Shown one piece after another: positions 1-10,553 of a stretch of DNA of 64,000 nucleotides. The translations under genes and the position numbers were made by a program. The notes under the pieces were generated by a model. That model ran no database searches and had not been told where the DNA came from. It was given only the letters and a program-made list of their open reading frames with translations. Position 1 is the first letter of the stretch, and every line of letters starts with the position of its first letter. The stretch comes from a bacterium (lineage in GTDB: Bacteria > Electryoneota > Electryoneia > Electryoneales > Electryoneaceae), in assembly GCA_043801585.1 (NCBI GenBank), contig JAZDLX010000007.1:1-64000 (forward strand). Reading direction: 5' to 3'.

Positions 1-2255
1 GACGTCCGATGAACCTCCACCAGGAACGTCCGTTCCGGCACCATCCCGTCATACCCGCCACTACGTGGACCGATGCGCAGAACGTGGCTTCCCGCTGACC
101 ATTCCGCCTGCATGGGCAGTTCGCTGAACGCCCCGGTCTGATAGTCGTAGCTGATCCCATCGTCCTCATACAGGGTGAACTCGTCCGAGCCGCTCTCCGT
201 CGGGTAGGAGTGGACAAAAAGAGTGTCGAGGGGACGCTCTTCAGTGTATTGCATCACCGGAGCGAGCGGCAGCAGGCAGCCGGCACGTGCCAGCAGCGGA
301 ATCGTCCCCAGCGGGGATGGAACGTATTCATCCTGCGATCCGAGGTGAATGTCGTCAGTCCAGTAGTCGATCCAGTTTCCCTGTGGGAATGGAACATCCC
401 GCCCTTCAGCGCCATCCACCATCACCGGTGCAACGAGCAGCCGGTCGCCGAAAAGGTAGGCGGTGTCCTCGTTGCGGAATCGCGGGTCGTCCGGATCGGC
501 AAAGAAAAGCGGCCGGACGATGGGCATTCCCGTTTGGGAGTTTTCATGAACGAGCGTGTAGAGATAGGGCAGCAGTTTATAGCGGAGTTCGATAATCTGC
601 CGGTTCCAGATTGTGTGCTCATCATCGAAGCCGTACGGTTCGGTGATCTTGTGGTCGCCGTGAGCGCGCATCACCGGGCTCAGTGCGCCGTGAGCGAGCC
701 ACCGGGTATAAAGGTTGGGATTGTAGTTATTGGTGAATCCGCCGAGATCCGAACTGTGGTAGGCGAAACCGGAGAGTCCCATCTGCAGGACGAACGACGG
801 TTGTCCGATGAATCCAAGCCAGCTCGCTTGAACGTCCCCCGACCAGGTGAACACTCCGTACCGCTGGCTACCTGCGCTGCCCGACCGGGTCAGGTTGAAA
901 ATGCGTCGCCCGGGGCGCTGTTCAGCGAACGCCTCCGCGACCGTTTGCGACCACAGCAGGTTGTAGCTGTTGTGCACGTCGTCGGCAGTGCCCCCTGCGT
1001 GCATCATGTCTTCGGGATGGCGTTCCGGTTCGCCGAGATCCGTCCATAAGCCACCTATACTGTCCGCCAGCAAGGTGACGGCCTTTTCGCGGTACCAATC
1101 CCGAGCCGCGGGATTTGACATGTCGAGCAGCAGCGCATCACAGTCACAGTACCAGAATTCCGGCAACGTGTAGGGATCGCCTGATTCGGTGTGACCAACG
1201 AGTTCCGGTTGCGAGAGTAATTCATGGTAATAATCGCTGGACTGGGTGAAATAGGGTTCGTTGATCAGAATGGTTCTCAAGCCCATGTCAAGCAGATCCT
1301 TGACGATGCGCACTGGATCCGGAAAACGCTCGAGATTCCAGGTAAGATCACCCATCTGGTCAAACCAATAGAGATCCAGGATAATCGCGTCGGCGGGGAT
1401 CCGGTTGTCGCGCAGATCGTTGGCGACATCCATCGTCTGTGATTCATTGAAGTAGCCGAACTTCGATTGCAGGAATCCGAGGGACCAGAGCGGTGGCATC
1501 GGTTGGCGGCCTGTCAGCCATGTGTAGGCCTCCAACAGGTCGGGTACGTCATCCCCGGCAAAAAAGTAGTAACGCATCGGCCCGGCGTCGCTCGTGTAGC
1601 GGATGACATTTGACCCGTAGGGATCGATGTCCCAGGTGCCGAAATGTGGATTGTCAATGAACACCCCCCATCCGCGTGAAGAATAGAGAACCGGCGCGCT
1701 GATGTTCATGATAGCCTGGGGATCAGAATAGCCGAAGTTGGGCACATTCCAGTTGTAGACCGTCTGTCCGCGTAGATCGAAGGAGATGTTGTGCTCCCCG
1801 GTCCCGTAGAAACTCTCCATGCTTTCGGCAGTCCAGGTTACCTGAGACGCCGGATCCCAATATGAATAAGCATTGTAATCCGGTTCATACGTTTTGGTTT
1901 CACCGTCTGAAACGAATGAAAGCCGGACAGGCAACTTTGCTACGAGCACCGAAAGTGTGCCGCCGCTCAGAGTCAGTGTACTGTCTGATAAGGAAAGGGT
2001 GGAGGTGATGGGGGAAGCACTTTCGGGAAGTACGGCAAGGGATGAATCAAACTGGGCTGATTCATCAGGAATGAAATCGATCCGAACGATGTTATTTCGG
2101 ACAAATGCCAAACGTAGGTCAGCTCCGCTTGTGTTGATCTCCAGCACCGATCCATCGAATTGATGGCTTTCGTAATTGCCGACCGACTGGGCGAAGACTC
2201 CGGGGACGTAACAGAGCAGTATCAGGAGGCTAAGCCGAAGGATGAGTTTAGACAA
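1..2255 (-). CDS. Secreted glycoside hydrolase family 31 (alpha-glucosidase/xylosidase-like); 3' end runs off the window
   Basis: Translated by hand (absent from the ORF track because it leaves the window). AAGGAGG precedes TTG at 2255; signal-like MSKLILRLSLLILLCYVPGVFAQ; GH31 motifs LTGRQPMPPLWSLG, LWTDLGEPE (nucleophile) and TWSGDV (acid/base). Confidence 0.9.
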   Translation of the reverse strand, partial: MSKLILRLSLLILLCYVPGVFAQSVGNYESHQFDGSVLEINTSGADLRLAFVRNNIVRIDFIPDESAQFDSSLAVLPESASPITSTLSLSDSTLTLSGGTLSVLVAKLPVRLSFVSDGETKTYEPDYNAYSYWDPASQVTWTAESMESFYGTGEHNISFDLRGQTVYNWNVPNFGYSDPQAIMNISAPVLYSSRGWGVFIDNPHFGTWDIDPYGSNVIRYTSDAGPMRYYFFAGDDVPDLLEAYTWLTGRQPMPPLWSLGFLQSKFGYFNESQTMDVANDLRDNRIPADAIILDLYWFDQMGDLTWNLERFPDPVRIVKDLLDMGLRTILINEPYFTQSSDYYHELLSQPELVGHTESGDPYTLPEFWYCDCDALLLDMSNPAARDWYREKAVTLLADSIGGLWTDLGEPERHPEDMMHAGGTADDVHNSYNLLWSQTVAEAFAEQRPGRRIFNLTRSGSAGSQRYGVFTWSGDVQASWLGFIGQPSFVLQMGLSGFAYHSSDLGGFTNNYNPNLYTRWLAHGALSPVMRAHGDHKITEPYGFDDEHTIWNRQIIELRYKLLPYLYTLVHENSQTGMPIVRPLFFADPDDPRFRNEDTAYLFGDRLLVAPVMVDGAEGRDVPFPQGNWIDYWTDDIHLGSQDEYVPSPLGTIPLLARAGCLLPLAPVMQYTEERPLDTLFVHSYPTESGSDEFTLYEDDGISYDYQTGAFSELPMQAEWSAGSHVLRIGPRSGGYDGMVPERTFLVEVHRT

Positions 2256-2504
2256 ATGAACCTCCTTCGGTATATCCAACTGGTGAAGTTGCAGGCGACC
2301 AAGATATGGATTCCCTATTCTTTTCTCCATCATCTCTGTGATCGTACCAGGGTGATTCCGTCTCGCGAGTCAATGGGTACCTTCTAAATATATGCAAATA
2401 TAGAATTGTTAAGCAGTTGATTCTCATTATGCTGGGCTTGTACCAATTCTGCGTTGAGTTTTACTCGAGGGCGAAAATCAGGACAAATCAGGGAGTTCCA
2501 TCCG

Positions 2505-2533
2505 TTGACCGGTGGGAGACGGTGCCCTATATT
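2505..2533 (+). promoter_or_regulatory. sigma70-type promoter of the nuo operon
   Basis: TTGACC-N17-TATATT about 190 nt upstream of nuoA. Confidence 0.65.
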
Positions 2534-2725
2534 AGTGCCGATTCTTTTGACGGGAATTTACGTGCAACATCCTGATGCTATGGGAGTTAGGGTGACCTTG
2601 CAGATTCGTCCTTGTGACATGGGGAACGCACTTGTCAGGAAAGGCGAAATCCCGGAAAACCATCGAGTTTGCTGTTGAAAGTGTGATTCTAAAGACACTC
2701 CATTCTTGCGAGGAGAGACGTCGTC

Positions 2726-3085
2726 ATGGTGCCTCGTGATTTTATTCCCGTGCTGATGACCTTCGTGCTGGTGGGTGGGTTCGCGTGGTTCGCGTTGTGG
2801 CTGACCCATATTCTCGGCCCGAAGAAATACGATCCGATCAAACAGGACACCTACGAGTGCGGCATCGACTATGTCGGCGACAGCCGCACACGTTTCTCGG
2901 TGAAATTCTACCTGGTTGCCGTGCTGTTTGTCCTGTTCGATCTCGAAGTGGTTTTCATGTATCCCTGGGCGGTCAATTTCCGCCAGCTTGGGGTTTTTGG
3001 GCTGACGACGATGGGGATCTTTCTTATCCTGCTGTTTGTCGGTCTGCTGTACGAGTGGAAGAAAGGAGCCCTGGAATGGGAGTGA
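2726..3085 (+). CDS. nuoA: NADH-quinone oxidoreductase subunit A
   Basis: YECG loop, [15 protein letters not shown]-terminal KGALEWE; GAGGAG RBS. Confidence 0.97.
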   Translation: MVPRDFIPVLMTFVLVGGFAWFALWLTHILGPKKYDPIKQDTYECGIDYVGDSRTRFSVKFYLVAVLFVLFDLEVVFMYPWAVNFRQLGVFGLTTMGIFLILLFVGLLYEWKKGALEWE

Positions 3086-3558
3086 CGCAATGGCCCGGGG
3101 GTGAAGCGATCACGACGAAGGTGTCCGAATTCGTCGGATGGGCGCGCAAATACAGCCAGTGGCCGATGCCGTTCGCGACGGCATGTTGCGGCATCGAGTA
3201 CATGTCCACGATGGCATCGCGTTACGATCAGGGCCGGTTTGGTTGGGAGCGTCCGAGTTTCAGCCCGCGCCAGGCGGACCTGCTGATCGTCATTGGCACT
3301 ATCAGCATCAAGATGGCTCCGGTGCTGAAACGGATTTACGACCAGATGGCGGAGCCGAAGGCGGTGATCGCCATGGGCGCCTGCGCATCCTGCGGCGGAA
3401 TGTTCGACACCTACAGCGTGGTCCAGGGTGTGGACACCCTGTTTCCTGTTGATATCTACGTCCCCGGATGCCCGCCCCGGCCCGAAACGCTGATGCTCGC
3501 CTATACAAAGCTTCAGGAGAAGGTTCAGAACCAGAGCCTGCTCGGGGAGGGGCGATGA
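3076..3558 (+). CDS. nuoB: NADH-quinone oxidoreductase subunit B
   Basis: [21 protein letters not shown] and PGCPPRPE (N2 cluster ligands); start moved to ATG 3076. Confidence 0.97.
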   Translation: MGVTQWPGGEAITTKVSEFVGWARKYSQWPMPFATACCGIEYMSTMASRYDQGRFGWERPSFSPRQADLLIVIGTISIKMAPVLKRIYDQMAEPKAVIAMGACASCGGMFDTYSVVQGVDTLFPVDIYVPGCPPRPETLMLAYTKLQEKVQNQSLLGEGR

Positions 3559-4217
3559 CGCGCGAGGAGAAGCAGGCAAAGGTTCTCAAGGATCTCAAGG
3601 TCCAGTTTGGAGACAAGGTTCGCAGCGCTGAAATGAACTACGATATGCCGGTCGTGGTTCTCGAAACCGCTGCGCTTCACGATGCCGTCGCCTGGCTGAA
3701 AAACCACCCGGAATGGCAGTTCAACCATTTCATCGACATCACCTCCGTTGACCACGGCGTTTCCAGCGACGAGCGGTTTGAAGTGGTGATCCACCTGCGC
3801 AGCCACAGCCACAACATCAAGGTCAGACTGAAAGCCCCGCTCAAGGACACCGGCGATCCTGACGTATTGCCGGAAATTCCCACGCATACCGACCTGTTCA
3901 TCGGCGCCCTGTGGACCGAGCGGGAAATCTTCGACCTGATGGGCATTCGTTTCACCGGTCATCCGCGGATGACACGCCTGTTGAGCCCGGACGATTTCGT
4001 GGGACACCCGTTGCGCAAGGATTTCCCGGTCAAAGGACAGCATCGGGGAAGCTTCCCGCGCGGGACGGTGATCAGCAACAAGCGGCGTGAACCGGTGATC
4101 GCAAAGAAAACCAAGCCGAACCCCGCGGATCAGCTCCTGCCGAATACACCGTGGGAACAGAAACGCGGGCCGATGAAGGCAAAGGAAGCCAAGGCCGGGG
4201 AGGGTGGCGATGCTTAA
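3555..4217 (+). CDS. nuoC: NADH-quinone oxidoreductase subunit C
   Basis: [16 protein letters not shown] and [12 protein letters not shown] overlaps the nuoB stop. Confidence 0.95.
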   Translation: MTREEKQAKVLKDLKVQFGDKVRSAEMNYDMPVVVLETAALHDAVAWLKNHPEWQFNHFIDITSVDHGVSSDERFEVVIHLRSHSHNIKVRLKAPLKDTGDPDVLPEIPTHTDLFIGALWTEREIFDLMGIRFTGHPRMTRLLSPDDFVGHPLRKDFPVKGQHRGSFPRGTVISNKRREPVIAKKTKPNPADQLLPNTPWEQKRGPMKAKEAKAGEGGDA

Positions 4218-5439
4218 GCAGGTCATTGACAGAGCGGTCGCCGAAACCAACCTGGCCATGGATGGTGCGGAACGCCACGACTACTACGACCTGAATCTCG
4301 GGCCGTCCCATCCGGCGACTCACGGCATCCTCGAAAACCGCGTGAAACTGGATGGCGAGCGCATTGTTGAAGTGGAAGCGCACATCGGATACTGTCACCG
4401 CAGTTTTGAGAAACTTTCCGAGCATTACAGCTACAACCAGGTGCTGACCATCACCGACCGGATGAATTACGTGTCGTCGATGGCCAACAACGTCGGCTGG
4501 ACACTGGCGGCCGAGAAGCTGCTCGGTATTGAGGTGCCGAAACTGGTGCAGTACGTCCGTGTGATCGCGATGGAGATGAACCGGATCATGGACCACCTGG
4601 TCCGCGTCGGCATCCTCGGCGTGGACTCGGGTGCGTACACCGGCTTCCTCTACTTTTACGAGCAACGGGAACGCGCCTATAAAATGATCGAGAAACTGAC
4701 CGGCGCACGGCTGACCACCAGCTTCGGGCGTGTCGGCGGGCTCGACAGACCGCTGTATCCCGAGTTCAAGGAAGACATGCTCGAGTGGGTTCGTCCGATA
4801 CCGAAGGTGCTGAAAGAGTTCCACGCCCTGATGACCCGCAACCGCATCTTCATCGAACGGACTCGCGATGTCAGCCCGATCAGCCAGGAACGCGCTTTTG
4901 AGTACGGCTACACCGGGCCGAACCTCCGTGCCGCGGGTGTGAATTATGACCTGCGCAAGGCGGAGCCGTATCTCTCCTACGGAGACTTCGATTTCGAGGT
5001 TCCGCTGGGATCCACCGGCGATGTGTACGACCGCTACATGGTCTGCATGGTCGAGATGGAGCAGAGCATCAAGATCATCGAGCAGGCGGTAATCAACCTG
5101 CCCGAAGGTCCCTGGCACGCAGACATTCCAGAAGTCTTTCTGCCTGAGAAGAAAGACGTCTACTCCAGCATGGAAGCGATGATCTACCATTTCAAGATCA
5201 TCATGCACGGCATCCGCCCACCGGTGGGGGAGGTCTACCAGGCGGTCGAATCTCCGAACGGCGAGCTGGGCTTCTACTGCGTTTCGGACGGTGGACCGAA
5301 CCCCTACCGCCTGCACTTCCGGAGCCCCTGCTTGTACTACTACCAGTCCATTGAAGAGTTGCTGCGCGACGGATTGATCGCGGACGCCGTGATGACGATA
5401 TCGAGCATCAACGTGATCGCCGGCGAGCTGGAACGATAA
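4210..5439 (+). CDS. nuoD: NADH-quinone oxidoreductase subunit D
   Basis: [23 protein letters not shown] and C-terminal IAGELER. Confidence 0.97.
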   Translation: MLKQVIDRAVAETNLAMDGAERHDYYDLNLGPSHPATHGILENRVKLDGERIVEVEAHIGYCHRSFEKLSEHYSYNQVLTITDRMNYVSSMANNVGWTLAAEKLLGIEVPKLVQYVRVIAMEMNRIMDHLVRVGILGVDSGAYTGFLYFYEQRERAYKMIEKLTGARLTTSFGRVGGLDRPLYPEFKEDMLEWVRPIPKVLKEFHALMTRNRIFIERTRDVSPISQERAFEYGYTGPNLRAAGVNYDLRKAEPYLSYGDFDFEVPLGSTGDVYDRYMVCMVEMEQSIKIIEQAVINLPEGPWHADIPEVFLPEKKDVYSSMEAMIYHFKIIMHGIRPPVGEVYQAVESPNGELGFYCVSDGGPNPYRLHFRSPCLYYYQSIEELLRDGLIADAVMTISSINVIAGELER

Positions 5440-5450
5440 GGAGCGGACGG

Positions 5451-5957
5451 ATGGCCTATCAGCTTTCCAAGGAAAACCAGGAACGGGTCAAGGATGTGAT
5501 GACCCATTATCCTCACGCCATGTCCGCGATCCTGCCCGCGCTCCACATTGTCATGGAAGAACGCGGTTGGGTGGACAAGGACGCCTGCAACCATGTCGCG
5601 GAACTGCTCGGCGTACCCCCGATCCATGTGTACGAGGCGATGACCTTCTACACCTACTTCCCGCAGAAACCGGTCGGGAAGTACCACATCCAGGTTTGCC
5701 ACAACATCTCCTGCAACCTGCGTGGCTCCGAGGATGTTATCCGGTACCTCAAGGATGCGCATGGGATCGAAGAGGGCAAAGTGACGGAGGATGGGTTGTT
5801 CTGCCTGCACCTCGTCGAGTGCCTGGGAGCCTGCGGCAATTCCCCGGTGATGCAGGTGAACGACGACTATTACGAGAACCTCACCTTCGACAAAATTGAC
5901 GAACTGATCGAGGGCTGGCGCGCCTCGGGTAAAAACGGCAAGAAGCATCCGTCCTGA
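5451..5957 (+). CDS. nuoE: NADH-quinone oxidoreductase subunit E
   Basis: CHNISC and ECLGACGNSP 2Fe-2S ligands. Confidence 0.96.
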   Translation: MAYQLSKENQERVKDVMTHYPHAMSAILPALHIVMEERGWVDKDACNHVAELLGVPPIHVYEAMTFYTYFPQKPVGKYHIQVCHNISCNLRGSEDVIRYLKDAHGIEEGKVTEDGLFCLHLVECLGACGNSPVMQVNDDYYENLTFDKIDELIEGWRASGKNGKKHPS

Positions 5958-5974
5958 CGGGAAGGAGTTTATTC

Positions 5975-7420
5975 ATGGCCCTCACGAAACACGTATTCGG
6001 AGGCATTGACGTCCCGGGCATGACGGACCTCAAGGTCTACGAGCAGCACGGGGGATACAAGACCTGGAAACGCATCCTCCAGGACAAGATGACGCCCGAA
6101 CAGGTCACCGAGATTGTCAAGAATTCGGGACTGCGGGGCCGCGGAGGGGCTGGCTTCCCAACGGGATTGAAATGGTCCTTCGTTCCGAAAAACGACAAAC
6201 CGAAATACCTCCTCTGTAACGCCGACGAGTCCGAGCCGGGAACCTTCAAGGACCGCGAGATCATCGAGAAGAACCCCCACCAGTTGCTCGAGGGGATGCT
6301 GATCGCAGCCTACGCCATCGGTGTACGCACGGCGTACGTGTACCTGCGCGGCGAATTTGTCAAAGGCTGGCGGACAATTGAAGCCGCTCTTGCCCAGGCT
6401 CGTGATGCGGGATACATCGGCGTCAACGTCCTCGGCAGCGGTTTCGACATCGATATCTGGACCCACCGCGGCGCAGGGGCTTACATCTGCGGCGAGGAAA
6501 CCGCGCTGATCGAATCCCTTGAGGGCAAACGCGGCCACCCCAGGATCAAACCTCCGTTCCCCGCGGTTGAAGGATTCTTTCGCAATCCAACGGTTGTCAA
6601 CAACATCGAGACGCTTGCGGCGGTGACCAAGATCCTCGAGCACGGCGCCGAGTGGTACCGGCAGTGGGGGACGGAGAAGTCGGTGGGCACGAAACTCTGG
6701 TCCGTCTGCGGCCATGTTGAGCGGCCCGGCGTCTACGAGGTTCCCCTCGGCTACCCGATGAAGAAATTCTTCGAGGAGGAGCTGGGCGGCGTCTGGAAGG
6801 GACGCAAGCTGAAAGCGGTGATCCCCGGTGGATCGTCGGTCCCGGCGATGACGCCCGATGAATTCTTCGCCTGCAACATGGACTACGAATCCATCGCCGA
6901 GCACGGCTCGATGCTCGGATCCGGTGGGATGATCGTGATGGATGACCAGACCTGCCTCGTGGAAATGTCCACCGTGCTCGCAACGTTCTACCATCACGAA
7001 TCCTGCGGCCAATGCACGCCCTGCCGCGAAGGAACGGGGTGGGTGCACAAGATGCTGATCGATATCGAGGCCGGACAGCCTCAGCCGGGTGTCAAGGATC
7101 TGATGCTGGACGTATTCGATGAAATCTTCGGGAATACCATCTGCCCGCTCGGCGACAGCATCGTGATGCCGATCAAGTCGATGATGGAGAAGTGGCCGGA
7201 TGAGTTCGAGTACTACATCCGTGAGGGGAAGTCCAAGATCACCGGGAAGACCCGCCTCGCCGCTCGCGCGGTTGAGGACAAACCGGAGAACTGGCGTCGC
7301 GGAGTGCCCTTCAACTATCCGAAACCGGAAGATTTCGTTACCGATTTCCAGGGTCTCGCAAGAACCCCGGGCACTGATCCGGACCAGTGGAAACGTTGGG
7401 AAGTTGCACGCAAGGATTGA
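5975..7420 (+). CDS. nuoF: NADH-quinone oxidoreductase subunit F
   Basis: GRGGAGFPTG, NADESEPG, GAGAYICGEETAL and ESCGQCTPCREG. Confidence 0.98.
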   Translation: MALTKHVFGGIDVPGMTDLKVYEQHGGYKTWKRILQDKMTPEQVTEIVKNSGLRGRGGAGFPTGLKWSFVPKNDKPKYLLCNADESEPGTFKDREIIEKNPHQLLEGMLIAAYAIGVRTAYVYLRGEFVKGWRTIEAALAQARDAGYIGVNVLGSGFDIDIWTHRGAGAYICGEETALIESLEGKRGHPRIKPPFPAVEGFFRNPTVVNNIETLAAVTKILEHGAEWYRQWGTEKSVGTKLWSVCGHVERPGVYEVPLGYPMKKFFEEELGGVWKGRKLKAVIPGGSSVPAMTPDEFFACNMDYESIAEHGSMLGSGGMIVMDDQTCLVEMSTVLATFYHHESCGQCTPCREGTGWVHKMLIDIEAGQPQPGVKDLMLDVFDEIFGNTICPLGDSIVMPIKSMMEKWPDEFEYYIREGKSKITGKTRLAARAVEDKPENWRRGVPFNYPKPEDFVTDFQGLARTPGTDPDQWKRWEVARKD

Positions 7421-7520
7421 TGATTGGCCGATCGATAGGCGGCGGAGAGGTTGCTGCCGCTGAAGTGGGACAGTGTCATGGCTTCGCCGTGACTGTCATC
7501 CGTCTTCAAGGAGATGTTCC

Positions 7521-8408
7521 ATGCCGAATGTGATTATAGACGGCAAACAGGTTGAAGCGCCCGATGGCGTGACCCTCCTCTGGGCAGCGCGCAAGGCGGG
7601 TGTGGAAATCCCGACCTACTGCTACTACCCCTGGTTTCCACCGCAGGGCAATTGTCGCATTTGCCTTGTGGAAGTGGAGGGGATGGGCAAGCTGCAGATC
7701 GCCTGCAACACGCCGATTCGTGACGGGATGGTTGTCCACACCAACAACGACCGGGTGTTCAAGGCTCGCCGGGGGGTGATGGAGTTTCTGCTGATTCACC
7801 ACCCGCTTGATTGCCCTATCTGCGACCAGGCGGGGGAGTGCGACCTGCAGGACTACGGCTATAAGTATGGTTTCCCCGTTGGCCGTTACAGGCATGTCAA
7901 GCGAACCTATCCGAAGACGGACTACGGCCAGAAGATCGCCAAGGAAATGAACCGCTGTATCCATTGCCGCCGCTGCATCCGTCTCTCCGAAGATTATCTC
8001 GGCGTCCACCATATCGGAGCGCTGAACCGTGGTGACCACATGGAGATCGGAAGCTACGTCGAGGCGGCGTTGCCTTCCGATTGGGCCGGAAACCTGATCG
8101 ATATCTGTCCCGTCGGCGCGTTGACCGACAAGAAAATGCGTTTCAGCGCACGTGTCTGGGACCTCGAGCACGTCCTGGCCTATCGCAAGGACTGCGAGCA
8201 CGGCTGCAAGGTGACCCTTGGCCTCTATCACGGCAAAATCTACCGTGTCACCGCGCGCATGGACGAACACCGTGTGATGAAGAGCATGATTTGCGACGAA
8301 TGCCGTTTCGAGCATTACAACCTCGACGATTGGACCATCGAGAAAGAAGCTGACATCACCACCCAGGCGGGTGCCCCGAAAACCGTGGCGGAGCTGGAAC
8401 ATGCCTGA
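7521..8408 (+). CDS. nuoG: NADH-quinone oxidoreductase subunit G, short form (295 aa, Fe-S domains only)
   Basis: GNCRIC, HPLDCPICDQAGECDLQD, RCIHCRRC and DICPVGAL; AAGGAG RBS before ATG 7521. Confidence 0.93.
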   Translation: MPNVIIDGKQVEAPDGVTLLWAARKAGVEIPTYCYYPWFPPQGNCRICLVEVEGMGKLQIACNTPIRDGMVVHTNNDRVFKARRGVMEFLLIHHPLDCPICDQAGECDLQDYGYKYGFPVGRYRHVKRTYPKTDYGQKIAKEMNRCIHCRRCIRLSEDYLGVHHIGALNRGDHMEIGSYVEAALPSDWAGNLIDICPVGALTDKKMRFSARVWDLEHVLAYRKDCEHGCKVTLGLYHGKIYRVTARMDEHRVMKSMICDECRFEHYNLDDWTIEKEADITTQAGAPKTVAELEHA

Positions 8409-9456
8409 GATCTATGCCTATCTGATCGAGAAGTCTGCGGTTCTGATCATCATGTTCGTTGCCGTGCTGATGGTCGTCGCCTGGACAACTCTCGCTGAGC
8501 GCAAGTACGCCGGATTCTTTCAGGATCGGCACGGTCCCAACCGTGCAGGGCCCTGGGGACTGCTGCAACCGATAGCCGACGGCGTCAAGTTTTTCATGAA
8601 AGAGGAGTTCATTCCGGACCGGGCGAACAAGGTGCTGTTCGTCATCGCTCCAACTTTCACTTTCATGGCTGGCGGTTTCCTCATGGCGGTGATTCCCTTT
8701 GGCGACCGTATCGTGATCTTCGGACGCGAAGTCGTGCTTCAGATCGCCGACCTGAATGTGGGCATCCTGTACATCCTCGCGATCAGTTCACTCAGCGTCT
8801 ACGGGATCATCACCGGCGGGTGGGCGAGCAACAACAAGTACAGCCTGATGGGCGGACTTCGCGCTTCCTCCCAGATGATCTCCTACGAGATTGCGATGGG
8901 TCTGGCGCTTGTCGCCCTGATCCTCGATCACGGTTCCCTCAGCTTGCGGCAAATCGTGCTTAACCAGACCGGCGCGATCTGGCACTGGAGCATCTTCTGC
9001 CATCCGATAGGGTTCATCATTTTCATGACCGCCGCCTTCGCGGAGTCGGCGCGCATCCCCTTCGACCTCCCGGAAGCCGAGAACGAGCTGGTGGGCGGAT
9101 ACCACACCGAGTATTCGGCGATGAAATACGGCCTGTTCATGCTGGGTGAGTACGTCCACATGACCATCGCCAGCGGATTGATGGCAACGCTCTATTTCGG
9201 AGGCTGGTCGATCCCCTGGGTCACTCCACCGGTGAATCCCACGATCTGGTGGGGGCTTCTGACCATGGCGGTGTTCTGGGCGAAGACGTTCTTCTTCATG
9301 TTCGTGTTCATCTGGGTCCGCTGGACAATTCCGCGCTTCCGTTATGACCAGTTAATGGCTCTCGGTTGGAAACGCCTGATTCCCCTGGGGGTGTTCAACA
9401 TTTTCTTCACGGCAGTACTGTTGACGGTTTTTCAGGCGCTGGGCGTGGCGAAATAG
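8401..9456 (+). CDS. nuoH: NADH-quinone oxidoreductase subunit H
   Basis: GPNRAGPWGLLQPIADGVK, PFDLPEAENEL and PRFRYDQL. Confidence 0.97.
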   Translation: MPEIYAYLIEKSAVLIIMFVAVLMVVAWTTLAERKYAGFFQDRHGPNRAGPWGLLQPIADGVKFFMKEEFIPDRANKVLFVIAPTFTFMAGGFLMAVIPFGDRIVIFGREVVLQIADLNVGILYILAISSLSVYGIITGGWASNNKYSLMGGLRASSQMISYEIAMGLALVALILDHGSLSLRQIVLNQTGAIWHWSIFCHPIGFIIFMTAAFAESARIPFDLPEAENELVGGYHTEYSAMKYGLFMLGEYVHMTIASGLMATLYFGGWSIPWVTPPVNPTIWWGLLTMAVFWAKTFFFMFVFIWVRWTIPRFRYDQLMALGWKRLIPLGVFNIFFTAVLLTVFQALGVAK

Positions 9457-9473
9457 GCACAGGAAAAAACAGA

Positions 9474-9889
9474 ATGAAACAGGATGGACAGGATTCACAG
9501 GATGGAGATGATACTAAAAATTCTTACAACATGGTGAAATCACAAAAGAAATCATAGCTGCATCATTTGACGTGATAAACGAGTTGGATTCAGGTTTTCT
9601 TGAGAAGGTTTATGAAAACTCATTAGCGCTTCTCTTGCGCGAGAGGGGTTTTCAAACGGATCAGCAGGTACCATTGATTGTGAAGTTTCGTAATCATGAG
9701 GTTGGAACCTGCACTGCTGATCTTATTGTTGCTGAGAAGGTATTGGTTGAACTGAAATCAGTTAAAAATCTTTTACCAGAGCATTCAGCGCAAGTTATTA
9801 ATTATTTAAAGGTAATTGGGTTGCAAGTCGGATTATTAATCAATTTTGGTAGTCCAATACTTGAATATAAAAGGTTTTACGCTGTTTAA
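9474..9889 (+). pseudogene. GxxExxY protein (PD-(D/E)XK-like), apparently frameshifted near its 5' end
   Basis: GFLEKVYEN, ADLIV, VELKSV, QVINYLK and GLLINFG. The ATG at 9474 (MKQDGQDSQD) is out of frame with the conserved EITKEIIAA segment; one extra A in the A5 run at 9516-9520 would join them. Intact translation from GTG 9572 is an alternative. Confidence 0.75.
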
Positions 9890-9924
9890 AATCGTTATCT
9901 TGTTAATCTTGTACATCCTGTTTC
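9476..9924 (+). mobile_element. ACAGGAT-periodic inverted-repeat element carrying the GxxExxY gene
   Basis: Arms 9476-9503 and 9897-9924 are 24/28 complementary; the interior is visibly AT-rich relative to the nuo genes. Confidence 0.7.
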
Positions 9925-9951
9925 GGAAGGATACATGATTTGGAGGCGGGT

Positions 9952-10464
9952 GTGTTGAAACCACAGTTTGAAGACGATCCGTTCCGGAAATACCATCTGA
10001 CGATGATGGAGAGGCTCTACCTGCCCGCGATCATGAAGGGCATGGGGGTGACGATTTCCCACTTCTTCAAGAAGCCGGTGACGATTCAGTATCCAGAGGA
10101 GAAGTGGGAGGTGAACCATCGTTGGCGCGGACGTCATGTGCTCAAACGTGATGAGTTCGGCCGTGAACGGTGCGTCGGCTGCCAGATGTGCGAGCTGGCG
10201 TGCCCCGCGGACGCAATCACGATCCAGGCGGGCGAGGTTCCGCCGGAACGCCGACACCTCCATACGACGGAGCGGTACGCGGTGACGTACGAAATCGATA
10301 TGTTGCGCTGCATTTTCTGCGGCATGTGCGAAGAGGCGTGCCCGGAGGCGGCGATCTTCCTGACGCCGTTCTACGAGTTCGCCGAGGATAGCAGGGACAA
10401 GCTGATCTACACCAAGGAAATGCTTACCGAAAAGGTCGGCAGTCCGATTTTCTACAAGGATTGA
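9952..10464 (+). CDS. nuoI: NADH-quinone oxidoreductase subunit I
   Basis: [12 protein letters not shown] and [17 protein letters not shown] before GTG 9952. Confidence 0.96.
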   Translation: MLKPQFEDDPFRKYHLTMMERLYLPAIMKGMGVTISHFFKKPVTIQYPEEKWEVNHRWRGRHVLKRDEFGRERCVGCQMCELACPADAITIQAGEVPPERRHLHTTERYAVTYEIDMLRCIFCGMCEEACPEAAIFLTPFYEFAEDSRDKLIYTKEMLTEKVGSPIFYKD

Positions 10465-10553
10465 TTGCCAGGTAGTCGGTTGTAGTCACCGTGTTCGTAA
10501 GGGACAGGTGCTTTGTTCTGAGATCAACACTCTCTCAGTAGAGAGGAAAAGTC

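Noticed and set aside
210..2163. Plus-strand ORFs in the track
   Set aside because: They are antisense shadows of the minus-strand GH31 gene.
2560..2725. Riboswitch in the nuo leader
   Set aside because: No recognisable aptamer consensus; only a weak agtgt...acact palindrome.
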